Assembly (NCBI RefSeq): GCF_039654945.1
Contig: NW_027361737.1
Coordinates: 13,020,001 to 13,084,000, forward strand
DNA from: Dendrobates tinctorius
Taxonomy: Eukaryota
Length of the DNA stretch: 64,000 bases
Direction of reading: 5' to 3'
Below are positions 13,601 through 25,994 of the stretch, one piece after another. Both the position numbers and the translations under genes were made by a program. The notes below the pieces were generated by a model. That model made no database searches and was not told where the DNA came from. It saw nothing but the letters and a program-made list of their open reading frames with translations. Every line of letters begins with the position of its first letter. Positions within the stretch are counted from its first letter, which is position 1.

Positions 13601-14023
13601 TCTTCCCGGATTTCATCACCATGAAGGAGGAAGAGAAAACATATCCTGCTGGGGGAAGAAGAGAGAGCAGTGGAGATAGCAGCACAATATGTGAGCGAAT
13701 GTCATAGACTGCGAGAAAGAGAACTATGATATGCCATGGACTTCTATGGCCCCCACCCTGGATATGCCCCATCCCCCCATCCACCTTCCCTATGCCATGG
13801 ACTTCTATAGCCTCATCCTGGATCTGCCCCCATCCACCTTCCCTATGTCATGGATTTCTATAGCCCCATCCTGGATCTGGCCCCATCCTGGATCTGCCCC
13901 CATCCACCTTTCCTACAGCCCCTACCCAACATCCCTACAGTCCCTATCCCCATTCCCTTCTGTACACTTGCTTTGGCAAAGCTAATGTATATTTAGTCCT
14001 GCCAATAAAGCTTCTTTGAATTT
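10685..14023 (+). mobile_element. Non-LTR retrotransposon (RTE-X-like LINE) ORF2 and 3' UTR, frameshifted
   Basis: APE C-terminus (SVVDYAI, LSDHS); RT motifs (GRDGI, NYRGI, QAGF, DFKKAFDSVWH, GVRQGCSLSP); C-terminal CCHC (RLSAHSLAIESGRH..ERLCQHC..EDETHFLLHC); AATAAA followed by a short ttgaa-type tail. Confidence 0.85.
13727..13960 (+). repeat. C-rich minisatellite in the LINE 3' UTR
   Basis: About 3-4 imperfect copies of gccatggacttctat..ccctggat.tgcccccatccaccttccctat. Confidence 0.75.
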
Positions 14024-15381
14024 GTGTGTGTATATACAGTGTATATATATAATATTTACACACATGCAGGTGCTTCTCACAAAATTAGAATCTCATCAAA
14101 AAGTTAATTGTTCTGTCCCCACATGAGGCGAATGGAGGTGTAGTTGATTGGGGCTGGGAGAGATTCCTACCTTCCATTTCCTCAATGCAGAGCAGACAGG
14201 ACCTTTGTTGCTGTTCATGCATCCGGAGAGATGATACAAACCAGATATTGTGAAGTCCAGACTTGTTTATTGGAAATCTGGACGTACAGCATATGATTGG
14301 TAATGCAGTACTTCTCCAGAAATGCAGGTGTAACGACCAAGGTGGTACAGCAATGGGTGTGCAGCAAGTTGGTAGCAAGATGATTCAGCAAACTGTGGTA
14401 AAAAAAGCTGATGCCTTTCACAGCCTGGTAAGTGTGTCTCTCCCAGGAGAAAATGAAACTAATAATGGCCACCAGCAGGAAGAGAAGGAGTGACTGACCT
14501 GGAAGTGGAAGGCATGTACTAAAATTAATTAGCCGCAGTCTGCTGTACAGAAAAGGACCAGCAGGTGGCAGCAGACAAAATGCAAGACTGTACACAAAGA
14601 ATGTGTTATGTGACCAATCTATATAAAGCATATAAGAATAACTTTAGCCGGAACAGCACACTCCCCGTCTAAAATTCCGTAAGGGATTTCACTATATTGT
14701 TTTTGTTTTTTGTTTTTTTTTTTTAAATTAAGTTCAATAACCTAGAAAGGAAACACAAATATGCATGCAACAATAACTTCAAAACGAGGTAGATGAGTCA
14801 GTTCCTATGACACTCCAAAGAAAACCCGTCTTCGGATCGGAGAAGCCGCACTAGGCCAAACGGTACCCAACGGTAATCCAATGGACGAAGCACTAGGGCA
14901 GAGTTCTGTTCATGGTTCATCCTACTGGAATGTCCTCAATTGGCAGTATCAATACGAGCTCGTGGATTGGCCTCTGAAATGTCTTAGGCTCGCCTTTCCT
15001 AAGGACCTTCAGCTCCACCTTTCGGACCTTACCGTCTTGTCTAGGGAAAGTCTTTGTAACGATTCCCATAGGCCAGTCGATCCTTCGGGCTTGTTGTTCT
15101 TTCATTAGTACCATGTCTCCTTCTTTCAAGTTCGGTTTATTCTGTCGCCATTTTCTTCTTCCTTGGAGAGTCACAAGATATTACTTTCTCCACTGGCTCC
15201 AGAAGTAGCCAGCGAGGTACTGCACACGTTTCCACTGTTTCTGGTAGGTGTTTGCGTGAGTAAACTCTCCACTAACTGTTAGCTGGTTCCCGGTCTTTTG
15301 GGTGAGAAGAGTAGCTGGCGTAAGAATGGTCGGTTTTTCGGGTTCCATGGACACTGGGACAAGTGGTCTTGAGTTGATTAT

Positions 15382-17541
15382 AAAAAGAGAAAAGAGCCAG
15401 CACTGCCAGTGGTCAGAACGCATAACATGAGGTGCATATGCACATATCTTACTGCATTCAAAATGAGACATTTAGCAAAATATTGATCAATATATTGAGC
15501 CACCCCGCCACGCCAAGGCAATCTCATATGGGGGGTCCTACTCTACATTTGTATTTATTCACTGTGCCATTGCGGCCTCCTAAATGTTTTAAAAGCAAGA
15601 CCATATCAAATGCAATCCATACCTGAAGCATGACTGCATCACTCCCGTGCAGCCAGATGGAGCAGGTGCAGATGAAGGCCAACCAGGTCTGAACACAGAC
15701 ATCTCAGGTTTGACCTCCACACACTGCCTGACCAGCAAACACAGATGAAGGGCAATTGCAGGCTCAGACATGGATGCAAAAATAAATAAAGCCTGGGGCA
15801 GGGCGGGGCTGCCGTGAGTGTGCACAGCAGCCTAGATCAATCACAATAAACACAGAAAAGATGGCGAACATGACCCAGCGTGCACGGCAACAGTGGTGGT
15901 CAGCCACAAAACCAATTTGCAATAAAAAGAGAAAAGAGCCAGCACTGCCAGTGGTCAGAACGCATAACATGAGGTGCATATGCACATATCTTACTGCATT
16001 CAAAATGAGACATTTAGCAAATGATTGATCAATATATTGAGCCACCCCGCCACGCCAAGGCAATCTCATATGGGGGGTCCTACTCTACATTTGTATTTAT
16101 TCACTGTGCCATTGTGGCCTCCTAAATGTTTTAAAAGCAAGACCATATCAAATGCAATCCATACCTGAAGCATGACTGCATCACTCCCGTGCAGCCAGAT
16201 GGAGCAGGTGCAGATGAAGGCCAACCAGGTCTGAACACAGACATCTCAGGTTTGACCTCCACACACTGCCTGACCAGCAAACACAGATGAAGGGCAATTG
16301 CAGGCTCAGTCATGGATGCAAAAATAAATAAAGCCTGGGGCAGGGCGGGGCTGCCGTGAGTGTGCACAGCAGCCTAGATCAATCACAATAAACACAGAAA
16401 AGATGGCGAACATGACCCAGCGTGCACGGCAACAGTGGTGGTCAGCCACAAAACCAATTTGCAATAAAAAGAGAAAAGAGCCAGCACTGCCAGTGGTCAG
16501 AACGCATAACATGAGGTGCATATGCACATATCTTACTGCATTCAAAATGAGACATTTAGCAAAATATTGATCAATATATTGAGCCACCCCGCCACGCCAA
16601 GGCAATCTCATATGGGGGGTCCTACTCTACATTTGTATTTATTCACTGTGCCATTGCGGCCTCCTAAATGTTTTAAAAGCAAGACCATATCAAATGCAAT
16701 CCATACCTGAAGCATGACTGCATCACTCCCGTGCAGCCAGATGGAGCAGGTGCAGATGAAGGCCAACCAGGTCTGAACACAGACATCTCAGGTTTGACCT
16801 CCACACACTGCCTGACCAGCAAACACAGATGAAGGGCAATTGCAGGCTCAGACATGGATGCAAAAATAAATAAAGCCTGGGGCAGGGCGGGGCTGCCGTG
16901 AGTGTGCACAGCAGCCTAGATCAATCACAATAAACACAGAAAAGATGGCGAACATGACCCAGCGTGCACGGCAACAGTGGTGGTCAGCCACAAAACCAAT
17001 TTGCAATAAAAAGAGAAAAGAGCCAGCACTGCCAGTGGTCAGAACGCATAACATGAGGTGCATCTTTTCTGTGTTTATTGTGATTGATCTAGGCTGCTGT
17101 GCACACTCACGGCAGCCCCGCCCTGCCCCAGGCTTTATTTATTTTTGCATCCATGTCTGAGCCTGCATTGCCCTTCATCTGTGTTTGCTGGTCAGGCAGT
17201 GTGTGGAGGTCAAACCTGAGATGTCTGTGTTCAGACCTGGTTGGCCTTCATCTGCACCTGCTCCATCTGGCTGCACGGGAGTGATGCAGTCATGCTTCAG
17301 GTATGGATTGCATTTGATATGGTCTTGCTTTTAAAACATTTAGGAGGCCGCAATGGCACAGTGAATAAATACAAATGTAGAGTAGGACCCCCCATATGAG
17401 ATTGCCTTGGCGTGGCGGGGTGGCTCAATATATTGATCAATATTTTGCTAAATGTCTCATTTTGAATGCAGTAAGATATGTGCATATGCACCTCATGTTA
17501 TGCGTTCTGACCACTGGCAGTGCTGGCTCTTTTCTCTTTTT
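15382..17541. mobile_element. Non-coding retro-insertion: 3.1 tandem 542-bp units plus one inverted unit, 14-15-bp TSD (Penelope/retrozyme-like architecture)
   Basis: Units start at 15382, 15924, 16466 and 17008 (partial); inverted copy at 17061-17541. TSD (t)cttgagttgattat at 15368-15381 and 17542-17555, within the BEL integrase. Copies differ by only a few bases. Confidence 0.9.
17380..17460 (+). ncRNA. Candidate HDV-like (nested double pseudoknot) ribozyme variant; also on the - strand at 15463-15543, 16005-16085 and 16547-16627
   Basis: Element order by eye: P1 ACCCC/GGGGT, P2 ATGAGAT/GTCTCAT, P3 GCC/GGC, 7-nt L3 TTGGCGT, P4 palindrome ATATTGATCAATAT, J4/2 GCTAA. P1 and P1.1 are non-canonical. 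Confidence 0.4.
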
Positions 17542-20246
17542 CTTGAGTTGATTATGGCAGAAACTTCAGTCAGAAGTAACCAAGGTCTCATGCGTAAGCC
17601 TTGAAGAGTTTACGTCCATAAACATAGAGTTCAGGATGTTGCGCGAGATCCCGATCATCCTTTCCCAGGAACCTCCCATGTGAGAACTATGCGGAGGATT
17701 GAAGATCCAGGTGCAACCTCGTTCTGCCAGTTGATCCTGAATTAGCTTGATGTCAGTATCCAGCTCTCGACATGCACCGATGAACTTGCTTCCGCTGTCA
17801 GACCTCAACTGTTTCACCGGTCCTCTGATCGCTAGAAACCGCCAGATCAGGCTGGATGTGTCCATAGGCTCTATTACCTCTATGTGGACGGCACGGACAG
17901 TCTGGTCCCAGGTCTATGTCCTTGAATCCTGCTGCGTGGTCACTTGAATCAAAGGCTCTTATGACAGCCAGGCTGTTTGAAGCAATTTTGTGCAATCTAA
18001 GCTTAGCTTGGTTCAGTATACCTTGGGTCCTCAAGAGTAGATCGATAGCCGCTTCTTCTGTGGGTAGAGATTTTAGTCCATCATCTACATAGAAGTCTTT
18101 CTCTACAAAGTCTCTGGCATCTGTTCCATATTCGGTCTCTCCTTTTTGAGCGGTTCTCTGCAGGCCATAGGTTGCCACTGCTGGGGAAGGGCTGTTCCCG
18201 AATACGTGCACTCTCATGCGATACTCCACCATCTCTCTGCTGGGGTCATTGTCCTTGTACCATAGGAACCTGAGGAAATTCCTGTGGTCTTCTCTGACTA
18301 TGAAACAGTGGAACATCTGTTCAATGTCGGCAGTGATGGCGATGGGCTCTTTCCGGAACCTCATCAACACTCCTACTAGGTTGTTTGTAAGGTTAGGACC
18401 CGTGAGGAGGACATCGTTGAGAGATACACCTTGATGTTTGGTGCTTGAATCAAAGACCACTCTAATTTGCTTAGGTTTACGTGGGTGATATACTCCGAAT
18501 GAGGGTAGGTACCAGCACTCCTCATTTTCCTTTAAGGGAGGCGCTGGCTCCGCATGGTAATTCCGGAATATCTTGCTCATAAAGGTGACAATGGGTTCTT
18601 TTGTCTCCGGTTTGTTGCTAAGTGTGCGCTGGAGAGAGTTAAATCTGGACAAGGCTTGTTCATGATTGTTCGGGAGTCTTACCCTGGTAGCTCAGAAGGG
18701 TAGGTGCCTTAGGTGTGGTTGGTGGAACGCAGCTTCTGGGGTAGGGATCTCATCCCTTTGGTCGGGTATTTGATCGCATTCGATTAGCATAGGTAAAGGT
18801 ATTTCTACGCCTCCGCTGACAGGAGAAGCAATGAAACCTTGTGCCCTTCTGCCGCTAGTCTCTATGCGGCCTGAGCAAGTGTTCAGATTATATGGCGTTG
18901 CTGGTCCCTTGATTCCAAAGGCTTCAAAGAACTTAGGTCCAGCTAGGGATCGATTGCTCTGATTGCCAATGATAGCCTACATTTTTACTGCCTTCTCTGG
19001 TTGCCCTTCTGGATAAACTCTGATTAGGCATATCCGGGCACAGCATTTATCACTTTGGCTCTCCCCACATACCTCTGAGCAGGAGACAGCTGTGGTAGAC
19101 TTGGCGTTATTCTGTGGCTCCCCGCCATGGCTTGTAGCTGGACTAGAGGTAAATGCGACTGCTGGATCACTGGTGGCCGAGGTTGGATGCAAAGCTGATG
19201 GGTGTATGACACTCTTTACACTTAATGGCAGATTTACAGTCCTTGGTCATGTGTTCTAATGAGGCGCAGCACTTGAAACATACCCCAAGTTCGCTGAGGA
19301 TTTTCTTGCGCTCCTTCATGGTTTTGGACCTGAAGCCTCTACTTTTGTTCAATGAGTGTGGTTTTTTGTGAATGGGACACTCACGATTGAAAGACTTATC
19401 TCTCGATTGAATAGTGTACTGTTTATCGGCAGTTACTGCAGGTGGTGGCAGGTTAGTCTTTCTGACACTTATACTGCTCCTCAAGTCCTTGTGTCTTTGT
19501 GAGACGCTTTCATACCTAGATGACGGTGTTGCTGGAGCTGTAGTGTTAGACTCCAGGAAGTCTAGGCTAGGGTCGTTCCTCATTTGGGCCTGTTCGTCGA
19601 CAAACTTGCAGAACTCATTGAACGGAGGAAAGGTGACATCATGTGATCTTTTGTACCTGGAAACGCATACTGCCCTCTTCTCTTGCAGACTATGTGGCAG
19701 CTTTGAGACGATTGGGTTCACCCCATGGGCAGTGTCAGGTAGCATAATCCAGACAGATGAGGGTCACATAACACAATCTATATAAAGCATATAAGAATAA
19801 CTTTAGACGGAACAGCACATTAATTTATTTCAGTTCTTCAATACAAAAAAATGAAACTCCTATAGAGTCATTACAAACAGTGCTCTGATTCAAGTGTTTA
19901 TTTCTGTTAATGTTGATGATTATGGCTTACGGCCAATGAAAACCCAAAAGCCATTATCTCAGTAAATTAGAAAACTTTATAACACCACCTTGAAAAATGA
20001 TTTTTAAATCCAAAATGTTGGCCTAGTGAAATGTATGTTCAGTAAATGCACTCAATACTCGGTTGGGGCTCCTTTTGCATCAATTACTACATCAATGCGG
20101 CGTGGCATGGAGGGGATCAGCCTGTGGCACTGCTGAGGTGTTATGGAAGCCCAGATTGCTTTGATAGCAGCCTGCAGATCGTCTGCATTGCTGTGTCTGG
20201 TATCTCTCATCTTCCTCTTGACAATACCCCATAGGTATGGGGTTAA

Positions 20247-20930
20247 AGGGAACCTGTCACCAGTTTTTTGCCCTACCAGCTAAAAATATTGAATTGATTG
20301 TGAGCTATGCATTCCACGACTATATCTGAAACCTCCTGACACCCCATGAATCCCCCATAAAAACCTTTTATATTTGTCCCGTGCTGTATGCTATTCTGTC
20401 CAGTCCGATGGGCGTTGGCTCTGTTGCTGCACTCCACCCCAACTCGGCTGCTGTACTCATTTTTCCCAGTGAATATTGGAGATCGCGTATTGCATTGGCG
20501 TGTGCCCAACTGCGGGCAAAGCCGAAAATCAGTAGTGCACATGCGCAGTTGTCCTGGAAGTATTTTGCGGCCTTTTCTCTGTTCCCTCCCTCCGCATGCG
20601 CACTACTGATTTTCGGCTTTGCCCGCAGTTGGGCAAAAGCATACTGCGCAAGTGCCGGGGCACATTTCAATGCGCATATGCCAAAGCAATACGTGATCTC
20701 CGATATTCACTGGGAAAAATGCATACAGCAGCCGAGGAGGGGTGGAGTGCGGCAACAGAGCCAACGCTGACCAGACCAGACAGGTTAGCATACAGCGCCG
20801 GACAAATATAAAAGATTTTTATGGGGAATTCATGGGGTGTCAGGAGGTTTCAGATAGTCGTGAAATGCATAGCTCACAATCAATTCAATATTTTTAGCTG
20901 GTAGGGCAAAAAACTGGTGACAGGTTCCCT
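20247..20930. mobile_element. Kolobok/T2-type palindromic MITE
   Basis: AGGGAACCTGTCACC...GGTGACAGGTTCCCT ends, TTAA/GTAA flanks, and long near-perfect inverted arms. Confidence 0.88.
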
Positions 20931-20985
20931 GTAAAGTCAAGTGAGTCTGCTGACCAATCAAGCACAGTGATACTGTTGTTTTTCA

Positions 20986-21977
20986 CCTCTTAATGACCAG
21001 AGGTATTTTTGGTTTTGCATTTTCATTTTTTGCTCCCATTCTTTGATCCCATTCTTCCCAGAGCCATAACTTTTTTTATGCTTTGGTCAAAATGGCCATA
21101 TGAGGGCTTGTTTTTTGCAGGACGAGTTGTACTTTTGAATGACATCATTGGTTTTGCCATGTCTTGTACTAGAAAACTGGGAATTTTTTTTTTTTTTTTT
21201 TTTTTTTTTGCCATTTTCAGACACCCGTGGCGTCTCCAATTTTTGGGATCTGGGGCTGGGTGAGGACTTATTTTTTTGTGTGCCAGTCTGACACTTTAAT
21301 TGATATCATTTTGGTTTAGATACAATCTTTTGATCGCCCGTTATTGCTTTTTATTGCAATGTTGCCGTAATCAAAAAAAGTAATTCTGGCGCTTTGATTT
21401 TTTTTTTTTTTTTCTCGCTACACCATTTACCGATTTGGATTAATTCTTTTTATATATTGATTGGGCGATTCTGAATGCGGCAATACCAAATGTGTACATT
21501 TGATTATTATTATTTTTTTTCTTTATTTTATTTTGAATGGGGCAAAAGGGGGTGATTTGAACTTTTTTACTGTGTATTTTTTTATATTTTTAAAAACTTT
21601 TTTTACTTCAATAGTCTATATGGGAGACTAGAAGCTGCAGTTTTCTGTTCGCCTCTGCTAGATAGAACAGGGCTGCAGCCTTGCTCTGTGGCAGATATGC
21701 TCACTTCCTTTGAGCGACGACCACCAGGCAGCGCTCATAGCGATCCAGCAATGACAACGACAGGGGTCTCCTGCTGACCTCGGGTTGCTATGCCAACTGG
21801 TCAGCGACCCGTGGTCATGTGACAGTGGCATTTAACATGTTAACAGCCGTGGGTGAATCGCTATTCTACCCACGGCTGTTCCAGGCACATGTCAGTTGAT
21901 CAGCTGTCATGTGCTGGAAAAGGTGCTGGCTCATCGCCAGAGCCTGGAACAAACAGGGGGAGGTGTCCAATGACTGA
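20986..21977. mobile_element. piggyBac-like non-autonomous element (degenerate)
   Basis: Degenerate (c)ctcttaatgacc...gacgttaagggg ends. The internal sequence is the reverse-complement relative of 8680-8830 (aaaagtacaactcgtcctgca). Confidence 0.6.
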
Positions 21978-22815
21978 GTCATGGACGTTAAGGGGATAAA
22001 CCAGGTATTGGTACTTTTGGCAGTGTGGACAGCTGCCAAGTCTTGCTGAAGAATTACATTTCCATCTCCAAAAAGCTTGGCAATAGAGGGAAGCATGAAG
22101 TGCTCTAAAATTTTCAGGTAGATGGCTGCGCTGACTTTGGTCTTGAGAAAACACGGTGGACTTAAACAAGCAGACAACATGGCTCCCCAAACTAGACTAA
22201 AGTAGCTCCACACTACCACACTAGACCTCAAGCATATATATAATTTTTTTTTTTTTAAGTTCGTTACCCCCAGTGAAAATAATAGTATTAGAAAAATAAA
22301 AAATACACATTTGGTATCGCCAAGTTCATAAAAGACTGATCTATCAAAAAATATAAAAACAATTAACTCAGTCGATAAATAATGAATGGAAAAAACTCGA
22401 TCGCCAAAATCAAAATTACCTTTTTTTTTTTTTCTGGTCACCACAAAAAATGCTGTAGCAAGCGATCAAAAAGTCACATATATCCTAAGATGGTACTAAT
22501 AAAAACGTTGCCTCGCCCTGCAAAAAATTGGCTATCACACAGATTCATTGGATGAAAAATAAAAATGTTACGGATCTCAGAAAATGGTGACACAATCTAC
22601 CCCCCCCCCCCCCCCTATCCCTCCGCTGCCAATTTTTTTTTTTTTTGCACCTTTCAAGATCTTGGTTCTACAAATTCACAATATTGCAGGCTGGAGAAGG
22701 TCATGCAAAACCACCCCCTGTGATCTTTCTTTCGAACAGCTCTGCTGCCAGCTATTGTCCGGGCAATTACTTACTTGGCCAAATAACTGAGGAGGCCGCA
22801 GGCTGTTTGCACTAA

Positions 22816-23213
22816 AGGCCACGTCACACACAGCGATATCGCCAGCGAGATTGCAAATTTTGTGACGCCACAGCGATCTCGCCAGTGAGATCGCTATGTG
22901 TGACATGGATCAGCGATCGGCCCTCCTGCCAGGTATCGCTGATCGCGCTCGAAAGTCCTGGGCTGTTTTTTGATCGTTGGTCTCCCGCTGGCCAGCATGC
23001 ATCGCTGCGTGTGGCAGCGAGAGACCAGCGACGCTGGTTTCCAAGGTAAACAGCGGGTAACTAAAGCCGCGTGGCTCTTAGATACCCGCTGTTTACATTG
23101 GAAACCAGCGTCGCTGGTCTTGATCGCTGGAGTGGCTAACTGTGTCCCAGCGATCCCGTCCATGTCGGATCGTTGGTGGGATCGCTGGGACATCGTTATG
23201 TGTAACAGGGCCT
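22816..23213. mobile_element. Harbinger-type CpG-rich palindromic MITE
   Basis: TIRs aggccacgtcacac / gtgtaacagggcct, TAA TSD, repeated cagcgat/atcgctg motifs. Confidence 0.8.
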
Positions 23214-23239
23214 TAACAGGCCATTTATCGGGAAATAGT

Positions 23240-25520
23240 GAGGGTATGGTATATACACCTCCGGACTCCAACACATGGAATATATGTATTTACCCCCTAA
23301 CTCCACGATAACCCCAGACTAGTCACCCCACCACCAATCTTTTGTATAGGCCGATTGGATGCCTGATAGGTAGCTTGTGGCTTCGAGGCATGGTTTACAG
23401 AACAAAGAGAACAGAGCTATTACATTTTATATTTAATCCAAAGAGGCAATTTTTATGAAAAATATACAAAAGATTTTACAATGAAACAAAAACAAACAAT
23501 ATATGTGAGTAAGGGCCAAGGCTGTAGTCATGGCCGAGGACACTGAGGCTTCTAGGCCCTGGCCTCCCATCACATGAAAATAATATCCATTAGTCAGCAT
23601 ACCTTGACTTCATAAAGATCTCTTCTGCACCACCTAAGGCTGTCTGCAAACGATTTCGCATCGATTGAGACAGTTCATTTCAACTTGAAACTGAACAACT
23701 TTACTGTTTTCATTTCTCAGCACATCCAAGTATTTCACAGAATTATTCACATGTTCAAAATTACACACTTATTCCTCTTTCCCTGTACTTCTTTCACTAT
23801 CACACAGCACGTTCCCGGGTTGGACCGTACCATAGGTTCCTCAGCGTCCTCCCTGTTTGGCTCTGCCATGGCTAGACACTCCTCAGTCTGTTTCACCCCA
23901 GACATCATATCCTCTGTTCCCGAAGTCAGTTGCCACATGGCGAGAGACCTGCCCTTCTATACTGTCATAGCTTCTCCTGTGGTACTTCCTATTGCCTACA
24001 TTACATTACAGGGGCCTACCGCCTTTAACGCTAATGCAGAATCCTCTCTGCTTATACTCACTGTGGTTGGGGAGTCCCTCAGCCATTTCGCACTGGATCT
24101 TAGGGCATCAGCCCATGCGATAAGTTGCCACATCATGGAGTCTCCTGCGTCCCTCTACTCTCCTGGCCTTTCCTTCTGCACCACACAGCTGTAGCCCACT
24201 GTAGTTCTGTCTTGCTGCTTTCCTGGCCTGTTACTACAGATGGCTGGGATCCTCACTTAGTATAACTTTGCGGGGTTACTGCTATGATTCTGGACACTTA
24301 AGTCCGTACTATATTCCTGGGCACTGAAGCCCATGCAGGTGGTTTGGGCACTGTGGCCCGTCTGTCTCCTATGAGGAAGTTCTCCCTCTTAGCTGCCGCT
24401 TACCCATCCTACATTAACTATTTACTCTGTGAAACTCCTATGCTAGTTTCCTACCATACTATGTACAGTACTCTATCTACGACTATGATGTGCCCCATCT
24501 TGTGGCTAAATTTAGGTACTATGCTTTCCCTGCTTAACAGTAGATGTACAAATCATTTTGGTCAATACCCAGCAGCAATACAAATATATGCAACATATTA
24601 TACAAATGGTTATATACAGCACAACACATGGTACCGGAACGAGTGGGAGAGGACAGTATCGCCTTTGTACCCCTTACACATGCACAGTTACAAAATAAAC
24701 TTAATATACTGGAGAGACTATTCAGTTTGGCTGAAGCAGAGCACTTCGATTGGCCATTTAGTGATCCTTGCGTACACTATATGTATCTTTCTACACGAAC
24801 ACAGATCATAATTCGCCTTGATCTTTTATTAGCCCCTGAGTGCCACTCACACACCCTCCCTATGATGACCTCACATGGGTCAGGTTGTGGGGTGTTCTCA
24901 GCCCTGTAGGATTTTATGAAATCCCAACTCATGCGATAACTTCTCACCGGACGATTGCAGAAGTTTGAGGGTGTTGCCACTTTTTTTTTTTTCTTGATTT
25001 TATCTTTACATAGAGACCAAATATGGCATAACTGTTGGCAGTTATCTTGCCCCTATGGATTTTGGGCCTTTTTGGCAAGGGTTATGGTTAAGAGAAAATA
25101 TGCACCTTTTTACATTTTCAGCGCTGGGGCTAACCAGGTATCTTTCAATAATATCGGATTTATAGAAAATGGAAATTTTCTATGTTTTCTTTGAGACCTA
25201 CTGTCTGAGCTGGCTTATCATAACATTTCCGCCTGCAGGAACCCAGTGTCACCCGAGTCCAACATACATTTCTTATAGACAAAAGGACTTCCACTGTCTT
25301 GTTTGTGTAGGCTGGGTAACCATGGCTGTTTGTAAAGGGTGTGAGATACTCCATTTCATCCTCTCAAAACTTAAAAATCCTTTCCCTTTCTAAACGATGT
25401 CTAACCTGTGCTTTGTCTGTCTATGCACAATATATACATATTCGTTCAGTCACCTGGACATAAAGAGGACTCCATGCATTTTAATTAAGATGGTTCACAT
25501 CTTTGTCCAGTGCCATTTTA
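23240..25520 (-). mobile_element. Old, degenerate LTR-retrotransposon-like remnant
   Basis: LTR-like segment near 23240-23500 and weak integrase-like residues on the minus strand near 24880-25350. No intact motif. Confidence 0.3.
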
Positions 25521-25613
25521 CATAAAAGCGGCTTTAGATTGCTAGCTCCTGTTTCCTTACTGCAAATGAGAGAGGGGCAGAGGAAGAGTGGTTTTGCATC
25601 AGGTCCTCTGTTA

Positions 25614-25994
25614 AGGGGGTTTTACACATAGCAATATCGCTATAGCGTCGCCGATTTTGTGACGCAGCAGCGATATTGCTAGCGATATCGCTACATGTGA
25701 TACTTACCTCCGACCGGCTCCCCCGCTGTCTATCACTGATCGCGCGAGATCGTCCACTTCTCATCGGCTGCTTCCTGCTGGGCTTCCTGCTGGTGCCGAC
25801 GAGCGATGCGTGGACGCGGGCCAGAGGACGTCATCATCGCCGCGTCTGAAAGGTAAGTAACGACCGCTGCTGCATCGCTGTGAGATCTGCCTGTGTGGCA
25901 GCTCACTAGTGACCATTTAGCGATGCACCAGCAATCCTGACCGGGTCATATCGTGGTCGGGATCGCTCGTGCATCGCTAAATGTAAAGGGGGCT
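25614..25994. mobile_element. Harbinger-type MITE, reverse-complement relative of 58137-58537
   Basis: tacttacctccgaccggctcccccgctg here versus cagcgggggagccggtcggaggtaagta at about 58411; degenerate TIRs with TAA-like flanks. Confidence 0.75.

Larger units (their letters stand above)
14109..19819 (-). mobile_element. BEL/Pao LTR retrotransposon, internally deleted
   Basis: TG...CA ends with 5-bp TSD TTAAT (14104-14108 / 19820-19824). The 3' LTR is 14109-14660, preceded by a purine tract; only about 46 bp of the 5' LTR remain (19774-19819). Gag CCHC (CFKCCASLEHMTKDC), RT (RVVFDSS..SLNDVLLTGP, FYVDD) and integrase (HMGGSWERMIG, WPMGIV) motifs are present. Confidence 0.92.
14068..22232 (-). 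mobile_element. Tc1-like transposon split by three nested insertions (pieces about 14068-14108, 19820-20246, 20931-20985, 21978-22232)
   Basis: The terminus caggtgcttctcacaaaattagaa continues in register across the BEL TSD. The minus-strand transposase remnant KVSAAIYLKILEHFMLPS..QQDLAAVHTAKSTNTW is in ORF 21866-22444. Confidence 0.8.

Noticed and set aside
15432-17491. Repeated 64-101-aa ORFs in the 542-bp units
   Set aside because: No recognisable domain, mostly non-ATG starts, and repeated only because the DNA is repeated.
15382-17541. Hammerhead ribozyme or CRISPR-like array in the 542-bp repeats
   Set aside because: No CTGANGA..GAAA core was found on either strand (only CAGATGA without a GAAA partner). 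There are no unique spacers and the context is eukaryotic.
19751-19775. cagatgagggtca identical to the decayed hammerhead at 50947
   Set aside because: On the minus strand it encodes BEL gag (DPHLSGLCY..DTA), so the match is coincidental.
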